DNA of 64,000 nucleotides from Escherichia coli (GTDB lineage Bacteria; Pseudomonadota; Gammaproteobacteria; Enterobacterales; Enterobacteriaceae): NCBI RefSeq assembly GCF_002854065.1, contig NZ_CP024147.1; one strand, 5' to 3'. Shown piece by piece: positions 60,584 to 64,000 of this stretch (position 1 is its first letter; each line of letters starts with the position of its first letter). The notes under the pieces were generated by a model. It saw only the letters and a program-made list of their open reading frames with translations, ran no database searches and was not told where the DNA came from. The position numbers and the translations under genes were made by a program.

Positions 60584-60644
60584 TCAATGCTAAAAACCCC
60601 CGACAAGCGGGGGTTCGAAGAGGAGTTAATTTGCCTTAAGTGTA

Positions 60645-61643
60645 TCAGGCGTTGGCGTCTTTGACTTCGCGGATGATGTCCTGGTACTCACGCAATTTCT
60701 GCGGAGTCATCATACGGCGCTGATCGTCAAGCACGACACCGCCCACTTCATCGGCAATATGCTGCGCAGATTGCAGCATCAGCTTGAAGTTCTGCAGCTC
60801 GTCACCGTAAGACGGTACCTGCATAAAGATAGTGACACCCGGAGTAGTGAAATCCTTCATTTCAGGATCAAAGGTTCCCGGTTTCACCATATTCGCCAGG
60901 CTGAATAACGCCGGGCCGCTGCCATCCGGGCTAAGATGACGATGGTAAATATTCATATCGCCAAAAATGAAGCCCGCTTGTTGAATGCTGTTAAGAAGCA
61001 GTTCACCGTTTAGCTCGCTACCGTGATGCGCCGCGACGTTCATGATAATCACCGCTTCTTTGCGCTTCGGTTTATCCATAACTGGAGCCGGTTCCGCTAC
61101 AGGCTCAGGCTGTGGTGCCGCTACGGGTTCTGCAGGCTGGAAAGCCTGTTGTGCCGGTTGCGGTGCTGAATGCACTGGCTGCGGCGCTGGCGCGACCTGT
61201 GGCGAAACTGGCTGCTGCAACGGCTGTTCAGGCTGCGGCTGATAGGCAGGCTGCTGCACGGGTTGCTGCACCGGCTGCGCTGGACGCGGAGCATGTTGCG
61301 GCGGTACCTGCGCTTCAGGCGGCTGCTGGACCGGTTGACGCGGCTGCGCAGACGCATAAGGCGGTTGGTACTGGTGTTGCGGCGACGGACGAGCAGCCTC
61401 ATGCTCCTGGGCGTTAGCCGGGGCATGATTCACGCGGTGAACACGAACCTCACCAACGCCCTCATCATCTTCGACATCCTCGTCATAAGAATCGTCGTCA
61501 CGTTTTGACTTCATTCGTTTTAATGGCCGATCGCGGAACATAGAAGATCGTTCTTTACGGCTGGTCCAGAAACCATGTACCAGTAAAGCGATTATGGCGA
61601 TCGCGCCAACAATGATTAATATCAGACGCAAATCCTGCATCAT
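60645..61643 (-). CDS. zipA: Cell division protein ZipA (FtsZ membrane tether)
   Basis: From ATG at 61643 ([31 protein letters not shown]...): N-terminal TM, P/Q-rich linker, C-terminal FtsZ-binding domain. The ORF-track start at 61694 is an extension. Confidence 0.9.
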
Positions 61644-61872
61644 TATATTCTCTGTTGTTCTAACACCTTGCCACCACGGCAAACATTTACTCACTAAGAG
61701 TATTTGCCGATTACCTCAAGTGCAAGTGCACTATTAACTTTCACAGCACAAAGATAGATGAAATCGTGCTTTTTGCTGTTTTTTCGAACATATCCTAACT
61801 GTCCATTGCGCAATTACCCGGTAAAATACGCACAATTTTCCTGGGATTGGTCAAAAGGAGCTCATCCTGATT

Positions 61873-62634
61873 ATGGTTTCATCATTCACATCTGCCCCAC
61901 GCAGCGGTTTTTACTATTTTGCGCAAGGCTGGAAGCTCGTCTCGCAACCTGGGATTCGGCGTTTCGTTATTTTACCGCTGCTGGTCAATATTTTGTTGAT
62001 GGGGGGCGCATTCTGGTGGCTCTTTACGCAACTCGATGTCTGGATCCCGACTCTCATGAGTTATGTTCCGGACTGGTTACAATGGCTGAGCTATCTGTTG
62101 TGGCCTCTGGCTGTCATCTCTGTGCTGTTAGTGTTTGGCTATTTCTTCTCCACGATTGCTAACTGGATTGCCGCTCCGTTTAACGGTTTATTGGCTGAAC
62201 AACTGGAAGCACGATTGACTGGCGCTACACCGCCAGATACCGGGATTTTCGGTATCATGAAAGATGTGCCGCGAATCATGAAACGCGAATGGCAAAAATT
62301 TGCCTGGTATCTGCCGCGCGCAATTGTATTACTAATTCTTTACTTCATCCCTGGTATTGGGCAAACCGTCGCGCCGGTACTGTGGTTCCTGTTTAGCGCC
62401 TGGATGTTAGCCATCCAGTATTGCGATTACCCCTTCGATAACCACAAAGTGCCGTTTAAAGAGATGCGCACCGCCCTGCGCACACGCAAAATCACCAATA
62501 TGCAGTTTGGTGCTTTAACCAGCCTGTTTACGATGATCCCGCTGCTTAATCTGTTCATCATGCCCGTTGCCGTTTGTGGCGCGACGGCGATGTGGGTCGA
62601 TTGCTATCGCGATAAACACGCAATGTGGCGGTAA
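61873..62634 (+). CDS. cysZ: Sulfate transporter CysZ
   Basis: 253 aa membrane protein ([31 protein letters not shown]...). Confidence 0.9.
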
Positions 62635-62818
62635 CAATCTACCGGTTATTTTGTAAACCGTTTGTGTGAAACAGGGGTGGCTTATGCCGCCCCTTATTCC
62701 ATCTTGCATGTCATTATTTCCCTTCTGCATATAGATATGCTAAATCCTTACTTCCGCATATTCTCTGAGCGGGTATGCTACCTGTTGTATCCCAATTTCA
62801 TACAGTTAAGGACAGGCC

Positions 62819-63790
62819 ATGAGTAAGATTTTTGAAGATAACTCGCTGACTATCGGTCACACGCCGCTGGTTCGCCTGAATCGCATCGGTAACGGACGCA
62901 TTCTGGCAAAGGTGGAATCTCGTAACCCCAGCTTCAGCGTTAAGTGCCGTATCGGTGCCAACATGATTTGGGATGCCGAAAAGCGCGGCGTGCTGAAACC
63001 AGGCGTTGAACTGGTTGAACCGACCAGCGGTAATACCGGGATTGCACTGGCCTATGTCGCTGCCGCTCGCGGTTACAAACTCACCCTGACCATGCCAGAA
63101 ACCATGAGTATTGAACGCCGCAAGCTGCTGAAAGCGTTAGGTGCAAACCTGGTGCTGACCGAAGGTGCTAAAGGCATGAAAGGCGCAATCCAAAAAGCAG
63201 AAGAAATTGTCGCCAGCAATCCAGAGAAATACCTGCTGCTGCAACAATTCAGCAATCCGGCAAACCCTGAAATTCACGAAAAAACCACCGGTCCGGAGAT
63301 CTGGGAAGATACCGACGGTCAGGTTGATGTATTTATTGCTGGCGTTGGGACTGGCGGTACGCTGACTGGCGTCAGCCGCTACATTAAAGGCACCAAAGGC
63401 AAGACCGATCTTATCTCTGTCGCCGTTGAGCCAACCGATTCTCCAGTTATCGCCCAGGCGCTGGCAGGTGAAGAGATTAAACCTGGCCCGCATAAAATTC
63501 AGGGTATTGGCGCTGGTTTTATCCCGGCTAACCTCGATCTCAAGCTGGTCGATAAAGTCATTGGCATCACCAATGAAGAAGCCATTTCTACCGCCCGTCG
63601 TCTAATGGAAGAAGAAGGTATTCTTGCAGGTATCTCTTCTGGAGCAGCTGTTGCCGGGGCGTTGAAACTACAAGAAGATGAAATCTTTACCAACAAGAAT
63701 ATTGTGGTTATTCTACCATCATCGGGTGAGCGTTATTTAAGCACCGCATTGTTTGCCGATCTCTTCACTGAGAAAGAATTGCAACAGTAA
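62819..63790 (+). CDS. cysK: Cysteine synthase A (O-acetylserine sulfhydrylase)
   Basis: 323 aa PLP enzyme (..[14 protein letters not shown].., ..GTGGT..). Confidence 0.95.
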   Translation: MSKIFEDNSLTIGHTPLVRLNRIGNGRILAKVESRNPSFSVKCRIGANMIWDAEKRGVLKPGVELVEPTSGNTGIALAYVAAARGYKLTLTMPETMSIERRKLLKALGANLVLTEGAKGMKGAIQKAEEIVASNPEKYLLLQQFSNPANPEIHEKTTGPEIWEDTDGQVDVFIAGVGTGGTLTGVSRYIKGTKGKTDLISVAVEPTDSPVIAQALAGEEIKPGPHKIQGIGAGFIPANLDLKLVDKVIGITNEEAISTARRLMEEEGILAGISSGAAVAGALKLQEDEIFTNKNIVVILPSSGERYLSTALFADLFTEKELQQ

Positions 63791-63812
63791 TGCCAGCTTG
63801 TTAAAAATGCGT

Positions 63813-63842
63813 AAAAAAGCACCTTTTCAGGTGCTTTTTTGT
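63813..63842 (+). terminator. Rho-independent terminator downstream of cysK
   Basis: AAAAAAGCACCT-TTTC-AGGTGCTTTTTT. Confidence 0.8.
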
Positions 63843-64000
63843 GGCCTGCTTCAAACTTTCGCCCCTCCTGGCATTGATTCAGCCTGTCGGAACTGGTATT
63901 TAACCAGACTAATTATTTTGATGCGCGAAATTAATCGTTACAGGAAAAGCCAAAGCTGAATCGATTTTATGATTTGGTTCAATTCTTCCTTTAGCGGCAT

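Noticed and set aside
61042-61508. Overlapping Ala/Gly/Cys-rich and Arg-rich ORFs on both strands
   Set aside because: These are alternative frames of the zipA Pro/Gln-rich linker (CAG/CCG repeats), which generate low-complexity artefacts.
61643-61694. Apparent 17-codon N-terminal extension of ZipA ([17 protein letters not shown]...)
   Set aside because: The conserved ZipA N-terminus begins at MMQDLRLIL (ATG at 61643), and the extension has no membrane-anchor logic. The same upstream over-extension occurs for lpxP, fryB, yfdE, yfeA, nupC, ypdB, dsdC and ypeB, and was corrected in the feature table.

Overview
This window is an Escherichia coli / Shigella-type chromosomal segment. About 53 kb is conserved core in K-12-like order, preceded by about 10.8 kb of accessory DNA. 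The accessory part holds a remnant of an IS2-like element, a large AT-rich type Va autotransporter gene (1165 aa), a complete IS2 with 5-bp target-site duplication, an IS3-family element split by an IS30 insertion, and a CP4-type prophage tail module (RadC-like, DUF987, CbeA-like antitoxin) that stops abruptly without the cognate toxin gene. The core runs dsdCXA, emrKY, evgAS, yfdE-yfdV-oxc-frc, yfdX, ypdI, yfdY, lpxP, ypdK, alaC, ypdABC, fryA-ypdE-ypdF-fryCB, glk, yfeO, ypeC, mntH, nupC, yfeA, two tRNA-Ala, yfeCD, gltX, three tRNA-Val plus tRNA-Lys, yfeR, yfeH, ypeB, ligA, zipA, cysZ, cysK. Two further departures from the K-12 layout as I recall it: an IS200/IS605-family element with divergent tnpA and tnpB between yfeD and gltX, and a FlxA-like coiled-coil gene with a candidate sigma-28 promoter where K-12 carries xapABR-yfeN. 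I found no CRISPR array, no rRNA, and no clearly novel multi-gene system; the best candidates for follow-up are the uncharacterised autotransporter, the TnpB element with its predicted guide RNA, and the orphan antitoxin junction. All gene identities rest on reading the translations and recalling protein families; no database search was run.
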